From assembly GCA_947085435.1 (NCBI GenBank), contig CAMTWL010000031.1, positions 76,278-140,277 of the forward strand: a DNA stretch of 64,000 bases, read 5' to 3'. The DNA comes from an uncultured Phycisphaerae bacterium. Its GTDB lineage: Bacteria; Planctomycetota; Phycisphaerae; Phycisphaerales; UBA1924. Both the position numbers and the translations under genes were made by a program. Under the pieces are notes generated by a model. That model was not told where the DNA came from. It saw only the letters and a list, made by a program, of their open reading frames with translations, and did not search any database. Below are positions 48,257 through 59,442 of this stretch, in pieces; within the stretch, counting starts at the first letter, position 1, and the number at the start of each line of letters is the position of its first letter.

Positions 48257-48360
48257 GCGGCCGCCGACGCCCCCTCCGCCCTCGCAGACTCCCGCCGCGG
48301 CGGGTGAACTTGCACCTCCCCCGCTGGGAGCGGGGGAGGAGGCTCCAACACCGCGCGGGG
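48257..48360. repeat. direct repeat copy 2 downstream of the flotillin gene
   Basis: gccgccgacgccccctccgccctcgcagactc...cacctcccccgctgggagcgggggaggaggctccaacaccgcgcgggg. Confidence 0.8.
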
Positions 48361-48671
48361 ACTATTTGGATTCCGTATGAATCCGCTCCATGGATCAAGG
48401 AGACTTACCGCGGGTACGTTGCGGGTGGCAAGTCCACGGGATGCTCGTTGCGCATCCTGAGCGTGTGGGGTTCGGAGGTGGTTGGGTGTTGGTTTGGTAG
48501 TTCTCGGGCGTTGGGGTCAGATTGAATCGCATTCTTGGCGGGAGGGTTGGAACTGTCCGTTGGCTCCCAGCGAAAGGACTGGGTGGCCCCCACTAAACGG
48601 AGGCCGAGAAGGGACGAGGCGACCGCTCGCGTGCCGGTTGTTCGCTGCTGCCTTTCCGCAGCATTTGGTAT

Positions 48672-50204
48672 ATGAGCACCTTGAAGAGTCAACCATCGAC
48701 CGCCGCTCGATTGCCTGCGTTGACAGGTGGGAGCGGGGGGTCTAGTTTGGCCTCGGGTGCAGTGACCGATTCTCCAACTCCATCGCGGCCGGGCGTGAAC
48801 GCGACTTCGCAGAGCGAGGAGTCGCGGTTGCCTTTGCCGGGCGAATCCGCGTCGGCGGCGTCGGCGGTGCCCGGAGCGGGTGGGAAACGACCAAACGCGG
48901 GCGACACCGCCGAGATCGTCACGGGGAAGCAAGGTCAGAAAGCGGATGAGAAGTCGGGCGGCTCCAACGGGGGCTCGATGATCGACAGCATCGTGGGCCG
49001 GTTGGTGGTCGAGCAGGGGCTGGCGACTCGGGATGAGGTGGAGTCGATCCGCAAGCGGAAGGCCGTCGAGACGAATGAGCGGTCGTTCTCCCAGGCGCTC
49101 GTCGATGAGCGCCTCGTCACCGAGCGGCAGTTGTCACGGCTTCGTTCGATGGTCGAGCAGGAACGTTCCGGCTCGACGATCCCGGGCTACAAAGTTTTGG
49201 AGAAGTTGGGTGCCGGGGCGATGGCGACCGTGTTCAAGGCGAAGCAGTTGAGCCTGGACCGGATGGTGGCGATCAAGATTCTGCCGCGGAAGTTCTCGAG
49301 CAACCCGCAGTTCATCGAGCGTTTCTACGCCGAGGGGCGGGCGGCGGCGCAGTTGAACCATCCGAACATCGTGCAGGCGTTCGACGTCGGCCAAGCCGGT
49401 GAGTTCCACTACTTCGTGATGGAGTATGTGGAGGGCCAGACGGTGCACGACCTGATCGTCGCGAACAAGCGGTTCAACGAGCAGGAAGCGCTGGACATCG
49501 CAATCAGCGTGGGCGAGGCGATGGACCATGCGCACATGAAGGGGCTGATTCACCGCGATATCAAGCCGAAGAACATCATGTTCACGCCTCAGGGTGTGGT
49601 GAAGGTGGCGGACCTGGGTCTCGCGCGGGCGATCGGCGACAAGGAAGCGGCGGAGGCGGAGCAGGGCAAGGCCTACGGCACGCCGTACTACATCTCGCCC
49701 GAGCAGATCCGGGGCGAGATGAACATCGGTCCTCAGGCGGATATTTATTCGCTCGGGGCGACGATGTACCACATGGTGACGGGGAGCGTGCCGTTCAACG
49801 GCAAGAACCCCGGCGAGGTGATGCAGAAGCACCTGAAGGCGCCGCTGATCCCGCCGGACCATGCGAACCCCAAGTTGAAGGCGGGGATCAGCGAGGTGAT
49901 CGAGCGGATGATGGCCAAGAGCCGCAAGGATCGCTACAAGAACTGCCAGGAGTTATTGATCGACCTGCGTGCGGTGCGTCGGGGCGAGCCGCCGCCGATT
50001 GCGCACCGGGAAGCGCCGGCGTCGGCGGTGCTGGAGGCGTTGAAGACGTCCGAGGCGTTGCCGGGGGCGATCCCCGAGGATCGGTCGCAGCGCGGGGTTC
50101 AGACCAAGACCAATCCGATCATCGTGTATGTGCTGGTCGGTGTGGTGTGCTACGCGTTCATCATGACGATCATGTTCATTTTGAGCCTGATGACGAAGCG
50201 ATAA
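48672..50204 (+). CDS. Hanks-type Ser/Thr protein kinase with N-terminal GspE-N-like domain and C-terminal TM anchor
   Basis: 510 aa. Kinase subdomains GAGAMATVFKA, AIK, HRDIKPKNIMF, DLG, and the SPEQ activation loop. C-terminal hydrophobic helix. Confidence 0.8.
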   Translation: MSTLKSQPSTAARLPALTGGSGGSSLASGAVTDSPTPSRPGVNATSQSEESRLPLPGESASAASAVPGAGGKRPNAGDTAEIVTGKQGQKADEKSGGSNGGSMIDSIVGRLVVEQGLATRDEVESIRKRKAVETNERSFSQALVDERLVTERQLSRLRSMVEQERSGSTIPGYKVLEKLGAGAMATVFKAKQLSLDRMVAIKILPRKFSSNPQFIERFYAEGRAAAQLNHPNIVQAFDVGQAGEFHYFVMEYVEGQTVHDLIVANKRFNEQEALDIAISVGEAMDHAHMKGLIHRDIKPKNIMFTPQGVVKVADLGLARAIGDKEAAEAEQGKAYGTPYYISPEQIRGEMNIGPQADIYSLGATMYHMVTGSVPFNGKNPGEVMQKHLKAPLIPPDHANPKLKAGISEVIERMMAKSRKDRYKNCQELLIDLRAVRRGEPPPIAHREAPASAVLEALKTSEALPGAIPEDRSQRGVQTKTNPIIVYVLVGVVCYAFIMTIMFILSLMTKR

Positions 50205-50315
50205 CCCGATTTGGGCCTGCGTGGCCGCGATTCGGGTCTAATCTTCTCGAACTCTACAATCCTAACGGCCGATAAAAGGATCGGTACCCCACCCGCTGTT
50301 CAAGGAGGCATCGCA

Positions 50316-50963
50316 ATGGAACTGTACATCGACACCGCGAATCTGGATGAGATCAAGCAGGCCGTGGACATGGGCGTGCTCGACGGCGTGACGACGAACC
50401 CGTCGCTGATCGCGAAGGAGAAGGTTGACTACGGCAAGCGGCTGTCGCAGATCTGCGAGGTGGTCGAGGGGCCGGTGTCGGCGGAGGTGATCGCCATCGA
50501 TTACGCGGGGATGATGAAGGAAGGGCGCGAGCGCGCCAAGATCGCCGACAACATCGTGGTGAAGCTGCCCTGCACGGTGGACGGCGTGAAGGCGTGCAAG
50601 GCGTTCACGGATGAGGGGGTGCGGACGAATCTGACGCTGTGCTTCCAGCCGCTGCAGGCGCTGCTGGTGGCCAAGGCGGGTGCGTTCCTGGTCAGCCCGT
50701 TCATCGGGCGCGTGGACGACATCGCGGAGGACGGGATGGACCTCATCCGCCGCATCCGGCAGATCTACGACAACTACGGGTACGAGACGAAACTGCTCGC
50801 GGCCAGCGTTCGGCACCCGAAGCACATCGTTGACTGCGCGCTGGCGGGGGCCGACGCGTGTACGGTGCCGTTCAACGTGATCCAGCAGATGATGAAGCAC
50901 CCGCTGACGGATTCGGGGCTGGAGAAGTTTGTGGCGGATTACAAGAAGGCGTTCGGGGGCTGA
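50316..50963 (+). CDS. fructose-6-phosphate aldolase/short transaldolase (TalC/FsaA family)
   Basis: 215 aa from ATG 50316 (AAGGAGG SD). MELYIDTANLDEI, GVTTNPSL, and the Schiff-base Lys region VVKLP. Confidence 0.85.
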   Translation: MELYIDTANLDEIKQAVDMGVLDGVTTNPSLIAKEKVDYGKRLSQICEVVEGPVSAEVIAIDYAGMMKEGRERAKIADNIVVKLPCTVDGVKACKAFTDEGVRTNLTLCFQPLQALLVAKAGAFLVSPFIGRVDDIAEDGMDLIRRIRQIYDNYGYETKLLAASVRHPKHIVDCALAGADACTVPFNVIQQMMKHPLTDSGLEKFVADYKKAFGG

Positions 50964-50994
50964 AGCCGACGATGCTGCCGGCGGGCGATGGCAC

Positions 50995-51300
50995 TCACTC
51001 GCTCGCCGTTGGGAAAGCGTGCTGGATGTCGCGTGCCGTATGCAGAATACGAGCGATGCTGAGAGGTCGTGTGTCTTCGTAGAAAAGATAATACGAATGG
51101 ACCCTCCAGACCCGGAACGGTTCTGGGGCGAGGTCGGTTCGGTGTGACCCCATCCTCGGCGATGAGGTCAGCCGGACTATTTCATCGTGGATATCCGCAA
51201 GAATCCGATCGGCGACCGCCCACCCCGCGACCGTTGCGAGGTAGGACCATATCTCGTGCAGATCGGCCTCCGCATCGCGCGAGAGGACAAAGCCAGTCAC
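50995..51300 (-). CDS. parE: ParE/RelE-family type II toxin
   Basis: 101 aa. A..DL.EIW.Y....W...A.R....I...I..L...P..G....DL....RVWRVHSYYLFYE...PLSIARILHTARD. Confidence 0.7.
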   Translation of the reverse strand: MTGFVLSRDAEADLHEIWSYLATVAGWAVADRILADIHDEIVRLTSSPRMGSHRTDLAPEPFRVWRVHSYYLFYEDTRPLSIARILHTARDIQHAFPTASE

Positions 51301-51575
51301 GATGCGGCCCGGCGGAACTCGGGGCTTCGAGCCCGGATTTCGTCGAAAACCTTCTCGCCTTCCACGATCTCGCCACGGCGTATTTGTTCGATGCCGTGGG
51401 CGATTTTGGCTCGGACTTCCGCCAGCGCCGACTTCCGCTCATCTTCTTGAGAGCGCAGGACGCGGAGCGCGTCGCTGACAACCTCGCTGGCGTTGACGTA
51501 GCGACCCTTTCGCAGTTGCTCGTCAACGAACTGTTGCCATTCAGGTGCCAGGTTGACTTGCATAAGCGTCTCCAA
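51297..51575 (-). CDS. parD: ParD-family type II antitoxin
   Basis: 92 aa. NASEVVSDALRVLRSQE RHH motif. 4-nt overlap with parE. Confidence 0.7.
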   Translation of the reverse strand: METLMQVNLAPEWQQFVDEQLRKGRYVNASEVVSDALRVLRSQEDERKSALAEVRAKIAHGIEQIRRGEIVEGEKVFDEIRARSPEFRRAAS

Positions 51576-51628
51576 CGCGGGGCGAGTAAACGATAGGGGC
51601 TCTGGAGGCGCCCGACCACTGATGACCG

Positions 51629-52099
51629 TTATTCGACCTCAAAGATAAACTCCACCTCCACCGGCGCCCCCAGCGGCAGGCTCGGTGCTCCCACGGCGGC
51701 GCGGACGTGCTTGCCGGCTTCTCCCAGGAGCGCAACAAGGAGATCGCTGGCGCCGTTGGCGACTTTGGAGTGCTCGGTGAAGCCGTGCTCGCAGGCGACG
51801 AAGACGCCGAGGCGGACGACGCGACGGATCTTGGCGAGGTCGCCGATCTCCGCTTCGAGGGCGGCCAGTCCGTTGAGCACGCACTGGCGGGCGCATTCCT
51901 GCGCTTGTTCCAGAGTGACGGCGTTGGGGACGGTGCCGGCGGCGATGAGCGAGCCGTCGCGGAAGGGAACCTGGCCGGCGATGAAGACGAGGCGCGAGGC
52001 GGGGCCGACCGAGACGGCGGGGATGTACGAGGCGACTGGTTTGGCAGGTTTGGGAAATGTCAGGTTCAATTTAGCGAGTTGCTCGCGGACGGTGGGCAT
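51629..52099 (-). CDS. ridA: RidA/YjgF-family reactive-intermediate deaminase
   Basis: 156 aa from ATG 52099. YIPAVSVGPASRLVFIAGQVP...IRRVVRLGVFVA...VEVEFIFEV. The longer track ORF upstream is an artefact. Confidence 0.8.
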   Translation of the reverse strand: MPTVREQLAKLNLTFPKPAKPVASYIPAVSVGPASRLVFIAGQVPFRDGSLIAAGTVPNAVTLEQAQECARQCVLNGLAALEAEIGDLAKIRRVVRLGVFVACEHGFTEHSKVANGASDLLVALLGEAGKHVRAAVGAPSLPLGAPVEVEFIFEVE

Positions 52100-52481
52100 G
52101 GTGGTGTTCCGTTTGGGTGAAAATTTTGACGGGTGTTGGGAACCGTGGGGATTGACATTCGTAGAGTGGTTGATATCGTAGTGATATCGAGATGGTGAGC
52201 GCGGGCCGGAAATCCTTTCCGACCGATCACATGCACTGATTCCCATATTTCCGTTATCCGGAAAGGGAAGAGGTCCGCCGCAAGCCGACAACCTGTTCAA
52301 GACGCCTGCGTGGCTTGGTTGGCCATGTGTCGGTGTCGGCCCCCCGGACAATCTGGAGCGGTTTTCCTTGATGGTTCTCGTCGAAGGAGGCTCTCGTGTC
52401 CGCCGTGAGGCTCGTTGAATGTGCTTGTCGATCCGGTCCCGGGAAAGGGGCCGGTGTGGACGTTTTTTACGGAGACTCGCC

Positions 52482-53528
52482 ATGAAGACCGGTCGGAATC
52501 GCGGCTTTACGCTGATCGAGTTGTTGGTGGTCATTGCGATCATCGCGCTGCTCGTCGGCATCCTCCTGCCCGCACTGGGCAAGGCCCGCAAGAACGCTCA
52601 GCAACTGAAGGACGGCACGCAGGTGCGCGGCATCATGCAGGCGATGACGAGCTGGGCGTCGGACAACCGGCAGAAGTTCCCGGTCCCAAGCGCCGCCGAC
52701 GCCAACAACCAGACGGTTGTGAGTAACTTCAAGAACCGCACCGGCAGCATCCTCTCTCTGATGATCTGGAACCAGACCATTACGCCCGAGTTGTGCGTGA
52801 GTCCGGCCGAGGCCGGCAAGTCGGTGCCGTACACCGACTACCAGTATTCCAGCCCCGCCGGCTCGCAGCAGTTACGCGAAGGCAAGTACGCGGTGTACGA
52901 CCCCCGTTTCCTCGGCTCCCCTCAGGACAACCTGGATATCGAAGGCGTGATGAACGCCCCGCCTGCGGTCGGTGCGCCGCCGTCGCGCACGGCCCACAAC
53001 TCCTACGCCCACAACTGCATCGAGGGCGCCCGCAAGACCAACTGGAGCAGCACGCTGAACGCTTCGCAGGCGGTGGTCGGCAACCGAGGGCCTCTCTATG
53101 TGGAGGTCGCCACCCCGAACTTCGCGGCCAACCAAACATGGACGCTCACGACCGCACAGCTCACGCGGTACGGAGCGTCGTCCGAAACGCTCTTCATCCA
53201 CGGCTCCGAGAACAAGTGGGAGGGCAACGTCGCGTTCGGCGACGTCCACGTCGAGTTCCAACTTCAGCCCGACCCCGAGACCGCGACCTTCGTCGATCGA
53301 CAGGGGCAGACGAATCCGGTCAACGAGCGTGACAACCTCTTCGTCGATGAGACGAACGAGGGGACCGATCCCGCGTCGTTCCAGACGCGCAAGAACGCCT
53401 TGCTCCGCATCTGGAAGCAGGGCATCCCCGTCCCGACCGTTCCGAACACGCCGAGCATCCCCTTTACCGAAGATTTCGTCACGCTCATGCAGGGCAGCAG
53501 CGAGTACATCTGGATCGACGGGCAGTAA
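52482..53528 (+). CDS. DUF1559/prepilin-type N-terminal domain protein
   Basis: 348 aa from ATG 52482, starting [37 protein letters not shown]-terminal H-X9-DG-like motif (HGSENKWEGNVAFGDVHV). Confidence 0.75.
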   Translation: MKTGRNRGFTLIELLVVIAIIALLVGILLPALGKARKNAQQLKDGTQVRGIMQAMTSWASDNRQKFPVPSAADANNQTVVSNFKNRTGSILSLMIWNQTITPELCVSPAEAGKSVPYTDYQYSSPAGSQQLREGKYAVYDPRFLGSPQDNLDIEGVMNAPPAVGAPPSRTAHNSYAHNCIEGARKTNWSSTLNASQAVVGNRGPLYVEVATPNFAANQTWTLTTAQLTRYGASSETLFIHGSENKWEGNVAFGDVHVEFQLQPDPETATFVDRQGQTNPVNERDNLFVDETNEGTDPASFQTRKNALLRIWKQGIPVPTVPNTPSIPFTEDFVTLMQGSSEYIWIDGQ

Positions 53529-53600
53529 GCCGTTCCTAACCGAAGCGACACCCCCGCCGCCGGCTTCCGCCGGGGCGGTGCGAAAGGAGTTCGACGAACC

Positions 53601-54680
53601 ATGACTCACACGAATCGAAGGGGCTTCACGCTCATCGAGCTGCTGGTGGTGATCTCGATCATCGCGCTGCTGATCGGGCTGCTCCTCCCCGCGCTCGGCA
53701 AGGCCCGGCGGAACGCGCAGCAGATCAAGGACTCGACGCAGGTCCGAGGGCTGCACCAGGGCTGCATGGGCTGGGCCCAGGACAACAGGGAGCGGTACCC
53801 GCTCCCATCGGTCCTCGACATGAACAACCTGACGGAACTCAAGCCGGTCGGCAGCGGTTCACCGAGCAAGAACCGAACCGGCAACATCCTCTCTTTGATG
53901 CTCTTCAACAAGATCATCTCGCTCGAACTGTGCGTGAGCCCCTCGGAATCGTCCAACCGCATCCAGGCGATGACGGACAACGAGTATGACTTCCGGAACC
54001 CCGACGGCGCGGTGACCTATGCCCCGGTGGGCACCCGGGCATCGGTGGCGGTGTACGACCCCGACTTCCGCGGCTCGCCCAAGGAACAAGACGATCGCAC
54101 CTTTGGCATTCATACCGGCGGCGACAAGAGCCTGGGCAACAACTCGTATGCTCATAACGCGCTCGCCGGCCAGCTGCGCCTCGAGGCCTGGTCTTCGATT
54201 TACCAGGTCTCGACGGTGCCGGTCTGGGCCAACCGTGGCCCGGTGTACGTCGTCTCCCCCCGTCCGCTTCCGGGCAGCGACGGCGAATGGATACTCGTGG
54301 CGGGCCCGACCGGCTTGGAATCGAACACGCTCCTCATCCACGGCAGCAAGGACGCCTGGGAGGGCAACGTGGCGTACAACGACGGCCACGTCGTCCTGGA
54401 GGACAGGCCGAATCCCAAGGAACTCTCCTACGAGGTTCAGGGGGCGGTCAGCGCCTTCGACAAGGACAACCTCTTCGTTGACGACGCGAACGAGCACGCC
54501 GGGACCAGCGACTCCACGCCGGACATCGAGGAGCGCCGCAACGCGCTCTTCCGCATCTGGCGTCAGGGCATCCCCGACCCGCTGACTCAGGAGAACGCCG
54601 CACTCCTCGGCGACCAGCACCTCGGCGGGAACACCGGCAACGGAACCGGGCCGTGGGTCTGGGTTGATGGGCAGCCCTGA
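53601..54680 (+). CDS. DUF1559/prepilin-type N-terminal domain protein (paralog of 52482-53528)
   Basis: [51 protein letters not shown], then [18 protein letters not shown]. Confidence 0.75.
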   Translation: MTHTNRRGFTLIELLVVISIIALLIGLLLPALGKARRNAQQIKDSTQVRGLHQGCMGWAQDNRERYPLPSVLDMNNLTELKPVGSGSPSKNRTGNILSLMLFNKIISLELCVSPSESSNRIQAMTDNEYDFRNPDGAVTYAPVGTRASVAVYDPDFRGSPKEQDDRTFGIHTGGDKSLGNNSYAHNALAGQLRLEAWSSIYQVSTVPVWANRGPVYVVSPRPLPGSDGEWILVAGPTGLESNTLLIHGSKDAWEGNVAYNDGHVVLEDRPNPKELSYEVQGAVSAFDKDNLFVDDANEHAGTSDSTPDIEERRNALFRIWRQGIPDPLTQENAALLGDQHLGGNTGNGTGPWVWVDGQP

Positions 54681-54810
54681 GTTTCGAGCGATCGTAAGAT
54701 TCGGCACCTGATGCGGCGGCCTTCGAGGTCGCCGCTTTTTTTCATCGAATCGCGAGGAGGAGTGTTCGACACTTCGCCCAGAGCGGCTCGGTGTCGGCTC
54801 TTCGATCCTT

Positions 54811-55032
54811 GTAACTCTTCAGCCGTTTGCAAACCGAGGTTCGTGCTCTATTGAAATGCCTTTGTTTTCAGCCCGAAGGGCTGGTCGTTCGTAGCCGGGG
54901 GTGGAGTCCGCGACACCCCCGGAAAGCAACCCCACGCACCCTCTTCCGAACCCGAAGGGGTGCCATGTGATCGGAACGAGTTACTACGGGCCCGTTTGGA
55001 GAAGAGGTCTTTGCATTCCGCTGAAGAGTTAC
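54811..55032. mobile_element. MITE copy (222 bp) with a perfect 8-bp target-site duplication CGATCCTT
   Basis: ...ttcgatcctt|GTAACTCTTCAGCCG...CGCTGAAGAGTTAC|cgatccttcaacg. Inverted orientation relative to 45058-45301. Confidence 0.85.
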
Positions 55033-55153
55033 CGATCCTTCAACGAAAAAAGTCTGGCGGAGGATTCTTTCCGCGGGCGTTGGTTCCGAGGTGGGGGGAT
55101 GTTCCTTCGCTTGCGCGAAGGGCTCGTATTGCGCGAAGGGCTCGTATCGAGTT

Positions 55154-55648
<495 letters not shown>

Positions 55649-55716
55649 TGTGAAACTCCTTTGGCTCATCCACCCGCCGCTCTTTGAAGCGGCGGATCAT
55701 CTGTTCACCCCGAGTG

Positions 55717-55736
55717 CCGGGTCGCCGCGGCGACCG
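55717..55736. repeat. GTCGCCGCGGCGAC core palindrome in the rpsL-rpsG spacer
   Basis: ccgggtcgccgcggcgaccg. Confidence 0.6.
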
Positions 55737-55788
55737 TTTCGGGATTACTTGCCTGAAATGTCACGGGGCACAGCGCCCCGCGTGCGAT

Positions 55789-56193
55789 TTACTTCTTCGG
55801 TGCGGCCTTGGCGCCGGCGCCGCCCTTGCCTCGTTTGGCACCGTACTTTGAGCGGCCCTTCTTGCGGCCTTCGACGCCGAGACAGTCCAGCGAGCCTCGG
55901 ACGACGTGGTAGCGCACGCCGGGAAGGTCTCGCACGCGGCCGCCGCGGACGAGGACGATCGAGTGCTCCTGCAGGTTGTGCCCTTCGCCGCCGATGTAGG
56001 CGGTGATCTCCTTGCCGTTTGAGAGTCGGACGCGGGCGACCTTGCGGAGGGCCGAGTTCGGCTTCTTCGGCGTGACCGTGCGGACCTGGAGGCACACGCC
56101 GCGCTTCTGAGGCGACATGGCAAGGTCCTTGACCTTGTTCAGTTTGAACTGAGGCGTGCGCGGGTTGCGGACGAGTTGGTTGATGGTCGGCAT
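55789..56193 (-). CDS. rpsL: 30S ribosomal protein S12
   Basis: 134 aa. [12 protein letters not shown]...[37 protein letters not shown]. Confidence 0.95.
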   Translation of the reverse strand: MPTINQLVRNPRTPQFKLNKVKDLAMSPQKRGVCLQVRTVTPKKPNSALRKVARVRLSNGKEITAYIGGEGHNLQEHSIVLVRGGRVRDLPGVRYHVVRGSLDCLGVEGRKKGRSKYGAKRGKGGAGAKAAPKK

Positions 56194-56370
56194 GCGGTTC
56201 GGTCTGAGTGAAGAGGCGAGTGGAGCCGCGCCGGGCTGGTCCCGGCAGGCAAATGGATCATTGGGAACTCTGGCCGCCCACCAGACGGCGAGTCGGAGAG
56301 TGTAACGAGTACCGAATGGAACGCAACCCTCTCGGCAGAGGACGGGTCAGGTCGAGTTGGAGTTTGGCTT

Positions 56371-58704
56371 ATGGACGGATTGCCTCGCGCGGGGCGACTG
56401 ATCTCAGCCAATGGTGTAGATTGGCGCCTCTTGCGAGGGCTATTTCCCGTGGATCCGCTCGATCAAGCCGGCGCGGAAACAAAAGAGTTGCAACCTGGCG
56501 CGCGAACGGCCGGGGCGCGAAGCGGGGGCGTTGCGCGCCGGGTTCCGAGCATCCCGGGATACGCGATCACGCGGTTGATCGGCAGCGGCGGGATGGGCGA
56601 GGTGTTCGAGGCGAGGAAGAACTTCCCGGATTTAGGGAAGGAACTCACGGTCGCGTTGAAAGTTTTGAGCCGGTTCAACGCGGGCGATCGGGCGGCCGAG
56701 CGATTCTTGAATGAATGCCGCATCCTGATCTCGCTCCAGGATGTCCCCGGGATCGCACGTCTGTACGACGCCGGGATGTTTAACGACGGCGGGGTGCCGA
56801 GGCCTTTCTACGCGATGGAGTATGTGCGCGGCGAGCGGACGCTCGAGCAGTGGCTGCGCGAGGATCAGAGGGGCGTCCGCGAGATGCTGCGATTCATGGC
56901 GGACGTGTGCGACGCGGTTCACTCGGCGCACATGCTCGGGGTGTGCCACCTCGATCTGAAGCCGGTGAACATCCTGTGCGACGTGCTGGGGTCGCCCAAG
57001 GTGATCGACTTCGGCGTGTCGCGGTCGTCCGAGCGCGAAGGGGAAGTCGAGCGGGCGCTGCTAGGCACGCCGGAATACATGGCGCCGGAGCAGGCGGAGC
57101 CGCGCCGACCGGTGGATGCACGGAGCGATGTGTACGCGATCGGCGTGATCCTGTACGAGGTGGTGACGGGTCGGCGGCCATACCCGGTTGATCGCGGCAC
57201 GCGAGAAAAACTGCTGGCGTCGATTGTCCACGCGGAGATCGAGCGGCCGAGGCGTCGCGACGGCGTGCCGGTGCCGGAGCGGCTGGCCCGGATCATCCTG
57301 AAGGCGATGGAGAAAGACCCGGCGCGGCGCCACGCGACGGCGCTGGAGTTAGCGAAGGAGTTGCGCGGATACCTGATCGGATCGGCGTCTCTGGGACGCG
57401 GCGCGTGGGGATGGTCAGCGCTCGCGGGGCTGGCGGCGTGTACGGCGGCGGTGTTCGCGTGGGAAAAGGCGCTGCCGCCGCTGACAAACAGGTTTGTCCA
57501 TGCGCCCTACTCCCAGTGGGTGATGCTGAACCTTCCGTTCGCGTCGTCGACGGGGCTGGCGGATCGCGTGCGCGTCGTGTCGTTCGACGATGAGACGAGC
57601 TTTGCGGCGCTCGGCGAGGCGTATGGGATCGAAGGGGTTCGAGATAACGTGCCGTGGACTCGGCGAAGCGTGTTCGCGCTGGCGCTCGATCGGCTGCGCG
57701 GGGCGGGCGCTCGCGCGGTGGGGTTTGATCTCAACTTCAAGGCGAATCCGGACGCGGCGGAGGCGGACGCGCTCTTGGCGCAGTCCATTCGAGAACTCTC
57801 GGCGGTAAAAACGCCGGTGGTGGTCGCGTGTACGGAGTGCGTGCCGATGGGCGGGCCGGGGCTGCCGCAGATCAGCGAGGTGATCGTCACGGCCGCGCGC
57901 CGCTGGGGCGATGTTGACTTCAGCCCCGACTGGTTCATGCCGCTCGCGATCTCCGAGTCGCCCGACGCGCCCTTTGCGAGGCTGAGCCTCCCGCTGATGT
58001 GCGTGCTGTCGGCGGAGCGTCCGGACGAGTTCCCGCGCGGGCGGTTCGATCCCGACACGCAGACGTTGACCTATTGGTGGGAGGCCGGCGGGCGAAGCGG
58101 GCTGACGCAGCCGACCACGAGCGCGCGGGCGATGCGGCTGAAGACCCAGCGTGTGAGCCCGCCGGGCGGCGAGGGGGAATCGCCGCGCGTGGACGGGATC
58201 ATTTTGCTGGTGGACATGCCGGCGATGCGGGAGTTGGATTCGGCGACGATCCGGATCGACGACTACCTTGCGGCTTCACCCGCGCAGTTGAAGTCGTGGT
58301 GCGGCGGACGGTTTATTCTGTTCGGCAATACGCGGAGTGATGCGGCCGACCTGTTCGACCATCCTCGGGGCGACAAGATTCATGGCGTCTACGCCCACGC
58401 GGCGGCGATTGACCGCCTCGTCACGGGGAGGTATGCGCGCCTGCCGTCGGCCCTCGGGGACGACGTGATGTACGCGACCGCCGGTGTGGGCGCGATGGGG
58501 CTTTTTTTTCCGGCGTTTGGGGGTCTTCTCCGTCGAGCGGGGCTGATCGCATTGCTCTCGGTGTTGTGCGTGTCCGCCGGTCTCTTGACGTACCTGATCG
58601 CGGGATGGATTATTGACGTGCCCGGTCTGGTGTTTGTCACGATGGTGACCGGCGTGCTGGGGCTGGGGTGGCATGTGTTTGTGCGTCGTGAGATCGGGCT
58701 GTAG
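56371..58704 (+). CDS. Hanks-type Ser/Thr kinase fused to a CHASE2 extracytoplasmic sensor domain and a C-terminal multi-TM region
   Basis: 777 aa. Kinase motifs GSGGMGEVFEA, LKV, HLDLKPVNIL, DFG, APEQ. A CHASE2-like region (VVSFDDETSFAALGE...FDLNF) after a TM helix, and 3 C-terminal TM helices. Confidence 0.8.
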   Translation: MDGLPRAGRLISANGVDWRLLRGLFPVDPLDQAGAETKELQPGARTAGARSGGVARRVPSIPGYAITRLIGSGGMGEVFEARKNFPDLGKELTVALKVLSRFNAGDRAAERFLNECRILISLQDVPGIARLYDAGMFNDGGVPRPFYAMEYVRGERTLEQWLREDQRGVREMLRFMADVCDAVHSAHMLGVCHLDLKPVNILCDVLGSPKVIDFGVSRSSEREGEVERALLGTPEYMAPEQAEPRRPVDARSDVYAIGVILYEVVTGRRPYPVDRGTREKLLASIVHAEIERPRRRDGVPVPERLARIILKAMEKDPARRHATALELAKELRGYLIGSASLGRGAWGWSALAGLAACTAAVFAWEKALPPLTNRFVHAPYSQWVMLNLPFASSTGLADRVRVVSFDDETSFAALGEAYGIEGVRDNVPWTRRSVFALALDRLRGAGARAVGFDLNFKANPDAAEADALLAQSIRELSAVKTPVVVACTECVPMGGPGLPQISEVIVTAARRWGDVDFSPDWFMPLAISESPDAPFARLSLPLMCVLSAERPDEFPRGRFDPDTQTLTYWWEAGGRSGLTQPTTSARAMRLKTQRVSPPGGEGESPRVDGIILLVDMPAMRELDSATIRIDDYLAASPAQLKSWCGGRFILFGNTRSDAADLFDHPRGDKIHGVYAHAAAIDRLVTGRYARLPSALGDDVMYATAGVGAMGLFFPAFGGLLRRAGLIALLSVLCVSAGLLTYLIAGWIIDVPGLVFVTMVTGVLGLGWHVFVRREIGL

Positions 58705-58713
58705 CGCGGCCTT

Positions 58714-59430
58714 ATGGGCCGGGAAAGGGACTTTGAAATGACGTGGACCAAGGGAACGTGGGCGATCTACGCGAGCGTGATGATCGGCGGGAACATGAAC
58801 GGGTGCTGCTGCAAGAATTGTTTCTCCCAGGACGCGAAGGAGTACATGGTTGAGGACAATCGAGAGGACAAGCCCTCCGCGAATGTCTATCCGCTCAACC
58901 CGACGCCCCTCGAAGCAAACGCGGGCACGTTCGAGAACTCGCAGAACAACAGGCTGGTGCGGATCCGCGGGAAGTCGCCGGGCGGAGAGCCGCGTGAGTT
59001 TGATGTGTTCTTCGGGCCGGGCGAGTCGGACCTGGCGACGAGCGCCCCGGGCAAAGGGCGGTTTACCAACGCCGACCCCGGCTGGCAGTGCACGCAGGGG
59101 TACGCGATCCTGAGGGGCATCCGACCGTCGGGCTCGACGCAGTATGTGAAGGCGTCCTCCGACAGCACGACGATCATCCTCCTCGTCGATAAATCAACGA
59201 ACGAGGAGCGGGTCATGGTGACTCAGGGGAAAGACGCGAAGGTGTGGGCCGTGGGACAGGCGGAGCCAAATGCGCCGAACATTCTCAAGGGTCAGGTGAT
59301 TGTCGCGAAGATCAGCGGCGGAATCGCGACGCTCGCCAGCCCGGTGGACTACAACACCGACAAGGTGAGCACCGACCTGCTCGCCTATCTTAAGAAGGTG
59401 AAGGGCGGTAAAGACATCGGGTTGGAGTAG
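58714..59430 (+). CDS. hypothetical protein (possible N-terminal membrane anchor or lipobox)
   Basis: 238 aa. WAIYASVMIGGNMNGCCC. No family match. Confidence 0.4.
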   Translation: MGRERDFEMTWTKGTWAIYASVMIGGNMNGCCCKNCFSQDAKEYMVEDNREDKPSANVYPLNPTPLEANAGTFENSQNNRLVRIRGKSPGGEPREFDVFFGPGESDLATSAPGKGRFTNADPGWQCTQGYAILRGIRPSGSTQYVKASSDSTTIILLVDKSTNEERVMVTQGKDAKVWAVGQAEPNAPNILKGQVIVAKISGGIATLASPVDYNTDKVSTDLLAYLKKVKGGKDIGLE

Positions 59431-59442
59431 CACCCGCTTGGG

